DNA from: Catajapyx aquilonaris
Taxonomy: Eukaryota
Direction of reading: 5' to 3'
DNA length: 56,206 bases
Assembly (NCBI GenBank): GCA_000934665.2
Contig: JYFJ02002478.1
Location: 1-56,206 of the forward strand
Shown one piece after another: positions 52,501 to 56,206 of this stretch. Below the pieces are notes generated by a model. The model ran no database searches and was not told the origin of the DNA. It saw only the letters and a program-made list of their open reading frames with translations. A program made the translations under genes and the position numbers. Numbering within the stretch: the first letter of the stretch is position 1; the number at the start of each line of letters is the position of its first letter.

Positions 52501-54060
52501 TCCTTCGATTCTCTCTTTTGCGGCCAAGGATTCTACCGCCACCAGTACGACACTATTAATGTACAGCACAAAGCATTCACATTGGGCTGAAACGATATTG
52601 CGATATTATTTGAAAATGTACAGTGCACATTCCAGATGTGCAGATGGCACACACCAATGCACATGACCTGCCCCTTTCTATTCTCATAATGCGGTTCAAT
52701 GTAGCAATAAAGGACGACCGATATTGTTCAGAGAAACAAACCGGAGCTTGTTGCACACTGTACAGTACAGTCACATTACCTCCAGTCACCTAGAAAATTC
52801 GCTGTAGGAGGAAGGAACCGGAGCCTGCAGTATGATGCAGGCTGTAATTTTTATTGCGCTCTGACATTTTTTGGGGAATTGCTCGGAGTAGAATGATGTG
52901 GGCAATTAAGCTTGGAATGGAATTTGCGAGCAATAGGAATTTTTAATCGAGCCATTTTCGCATATAGGCGCGTTGCATATACAATCTGAATGTACAGGTT
53001 TTATCATGAGAGATGCAGTAACATGTTCCGGATGATGATAAACTCTTGTTTTTGGTGTCAGGTCCAAGAACAGAACCGGATTTAAATATCTAATCCCTCG
53101 GGGTTGTTTACTGGCAGTGCAAACAATAAGAGTGAGGATGCATGATTGGGAGTATCCACTGGCTCCCAAATAACGCCTAGAGGGAGTGTTGACGGCGTCG
53201 AGCGACGACGCCGACGACGGTCGTCATCCGGAGATGACAAGTGCGCATAATCTATCTTCATCTGGCTGTGCGGGGCTTTGGCTCGAAAAGAAAAGCCATT
53301 CCGCCAAATTGGGAATATCCTATTGGAGGCGTCATCTCCTTGTGATGCCGGCAGAGCTTTGGGGATGACGTGAATGGTTGGGAGGGATGCTCTGCAAGGA
53401 TCGTTTTCTGCCAGCCCCTATATTCCTTCCCACCTCCGGATATGTAGACTAGGTGACAGGGCACTTACTTTGGTGGAATTACGCCGCCACTGGCTATAGA
53501 AGGTGGTCCAGGAAGAAAGGAGGATGCTGCCGCCGCTGAAACTCTGATAATAATGTAACTACTTTACGTTTAAGAGCAACCAGGCTATATGCACGAGTAA
53601 CATCTGGTTGGACCAACTTGCACAGCATTTATAGTTTTTTACCACCATAAACTTATCTGGCCAACTTTATATAGTGCTGAACAAATCGCTCGATCAGAAT
53701 TCCTGTGGCGCGAAACATCCCAATCACATTTCGGACCGCCAGCAATTTGTGAGGGTTTTTTTGCAGTGTAATTTCCCTCCTTTTGAAATCCGTACAGAAA
53801 TCGATTGCCAACGATGCGTTTCCAATAAGAATGGACTGCGATTCGGATTGATATTACATTAGGGACGTTCCGAGGACGGTGGGGGAATAGAGAGGAAAAA
53901 AACGATCTTAGCATGTGTTTAATGCAACGTGTAGCTCGATCACATATACACTTTAGCACATACAAAAGCAGGATCGGATTTGAGAGTGGCTTACATGCTA
54001 TAGACTCCTTCCAGTGTTAGAAGCTTCTGGAAGCTGTCGGTTCAGAGTCGTTTGGAGACG

Positions 54061-54132
54061 TCAGGTTCAGACTTTGGGAGCTGATGACTGAGAGGTAGGA
54101 AAATACTATGGTATTACTTCATTTTCACCTGG
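54061..54132 (+). ncRNA. Candidate type I hammerhead ribozyme
   Basis: CUGAUGA 54081-54087; stem II ctg/tag with loop agagg; GAAA 54099-54102; stem III atac/gtat with loop tatg; UH = UA at 54115-54116; stem I ggag/cttc plus a distal caggt/acctg helix beyond an internal loop. Confidence 0.35.
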
Positions 54133-56206
54133 AGGCAACTGCTATATTGGAGACGGAATTGAAAGTGAAGGCGCGTGATAGAGAGAAGCAGAAATCGAGT
54201 CGTAATAGTGGCATGTTTCGGCAGGCAGGCAAACACACTCTTAATAATTTACCTCCCATGGACTGAACTTATCCATTGGATTATTTTACAAGGCTTTCTA
54301 AGTCACGTTTGATCTGATAAAAGATGCTTTAGGAGCGTTACTCGGTTACTATACGACCGCCCTTTTTGCTCAAGGCACCGTGGCCTTATAATTGAGCGCT
54401 ATGAAAGACGGAGGGGTTATTTATCTCGCCATGGAAATTTAATCCGAAGGCGATTTAAATGCAAAGTTTGTAATCAAGTCTATGCCAGTCTTGTGGGAAA
54501 ACGTCAGGAGCAGGCCTTTTTGGGCGACTATAGTCTGCGCACGCCTGGAAATAACAAGATTATACACGCCAGGCATTGTCATTTTCGCCATCAGTAGTTA
54601 TTTCCCTATGGAAAAATGCAACATAGAGCCAGTTTCCTGCACATTTGTTGTAAGTCACAAATTGAACCGATAACGCGCCGAGGGAATACTCATTACACGT
54701 GTACTTTGACCACTTACAGCCCGCGGACGATATGAATGGAAGGCTTGTAAACACGGGGCGTGGATGCTCCACACAAACGAGATAGGAAATGTAATTATGA
54801 GTGCCGGGTGTGAGTGATGGACCGGAGCGATATCAGGTGTCCTCTATTATCCGCCGAAATTAACTAGGACGTGGTATCGTTGCCAATTAGCTCATTGTAA
54901 TTAAAACCGATATGGACCACAAGAACAGCATTGCGCGAAGGTCGCAGGGTTGGAACTAATGTTCCATTCGACGAAAACACTCGTCCAAATACATCTCAAA
55001 TTTTAGTCCAAGGCGAGGAAAAAATATTTTTAAAAAAACGTCAGAGAAAATATTCACCTGATATTGACATTTCATGAGTTGACATTTTGATGAGATGTCT
55101 TTTGAAGAAAATTGTTTCGGGCAAAAATGTTGCGTAATTTTAAATGTATACGTAGGTGGAACCTCTTTCAAGAAGGTGGGGGGAAAAAATATATTTTGAG
55201 ACCCGAAGGAAACGAGGGATCCGTGAGGGGGTTAAAATCATCTTTATTCGGGCACGAATCGGGCTCTAAATCACCTTCTCCTGGAAATCCTACCCGTGCC
55301 TGCCAGCAATCCATTTCCTTTCTACGATCCTATTGAACCAATATCACGCAGTAGGTGCCTGGTACTTTTTTTTCGCTCTTCTTTTAGACTCTCGCCAACT
55401 GTGAAAAGCGCTCTGTGGAGTTAACCGGTTAACAACCTTGTAAGCGACGGGTCCTTTTACATGGCTCCCAAAGTGTCATTGTGATCCAAAGAATTAATAA
55501 AACCGGTCGATTACTTTGAGGCTTGAACAGAATAGAGGTTGTTAACAAGAAATTGACTCGTGGTAATATTTGAAACATTGTCGCTGCCCAGATGCACGAA
55601 TAATGGAAGTATTTTTTAACTGTTTAATAGACGTTCTGGATGGCATAGATAGGCAAATAGATGGTTGAATGGGTCGTGACAATGAGGTCAGACGTTATAG
55701 ACTGGTCCCGAAGAGATTAGTTTTTCCTCGCTTCTTTTTGGAGAGTCCCAAGGGTTGCGGGCATTTTAGGAGCAGAAGGAAAGAAGAGTGATGAGCATCC
55801 GGTTCGCTCGACTAGGTCCATCCAGTAGGGATCTATCCGGAGAGAGACGCAGACACACCGGGGACAGAGTTTTGCCTCCGGAAAAAGGGCACATCTCGGG
55901 GGGCTATCCGGAAGCTTCATTGGGAACCCTGACGTTGAAGAACGACTTGGGTAGGACAATAAGGGATGGCGATTCCGTCCAGAAAAGATGACAGTGTCCG
56001 GGATCGAGAGTAGGACAGACACAAAAACCGGTCCAAGATGCTTCAAAGTCCCGCCCACTCGATTTAACCTCTGTGGAATATACTGCTGGAGAGCCTTTTC
56101 CAGACGTGTGCAGACCCAGTGAAGCACGGTTATTGCTCAACAATGGATTGCGCTTTGCTAATTGCACACACACCCCCTCTACGTACCCCTCCCCAGCTTT
56201 TTAGGG

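Noticed and set aside
53193..53238. Two adjacent small hairpins (cggcgtcg/cgacgccg and gtcatc/gatgac)
   Set aside because: These are short stems in a GAC/GTC-rich low-complexity patch where such pairing is expected.
440..56173. The many short ORFs (60-170 aa) in the six-frame track other than the IR segments
   Set aside because: They have no recognisable domains, many start at non-ATG codons, they overlap on both strands, and they translate homopolymers and microsatellites. This is what chance ORFs in non-coding DNA look like.

Overview
This is eukaryotic, largely non-coding DNA from an animal, most likely an arthropod or other protostome (inferred from the ionotropic receptor gene and the repeat types). 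I recognise only one protein-coding locus: an intronless divergent ionotropic receptor (IR) on the + strand (~17510/17582-19392). It is broken just before its last transmembrane helix by a stop codon plus a frameshift. The rest resembles a large intron or gene desert, with AT-rich spacers alternating with GC-richer, homopolymer-rich islands. Repeats include a 3-copy family with Helitron-type ends, a second small Helitron, an 85-bp pogo/Tigger-type MITE, isolated mariner-like ends and microsatellites. The most notable structural oddities are a ~98-bp-arm near-perfect palindrome (20713-20910), a perfect 21-bp hairpin just upstream of the IR (17171-17219) and a sequence with a complete type I hammerhead ribozyme core (54061-54132). 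Almost all short ORFs in the supplied track look like chance ORFs. I see no rRNA, tRNA, CRISPR, operon or multi-gene system. Everything was read by eye; no searches or folding computations were run.
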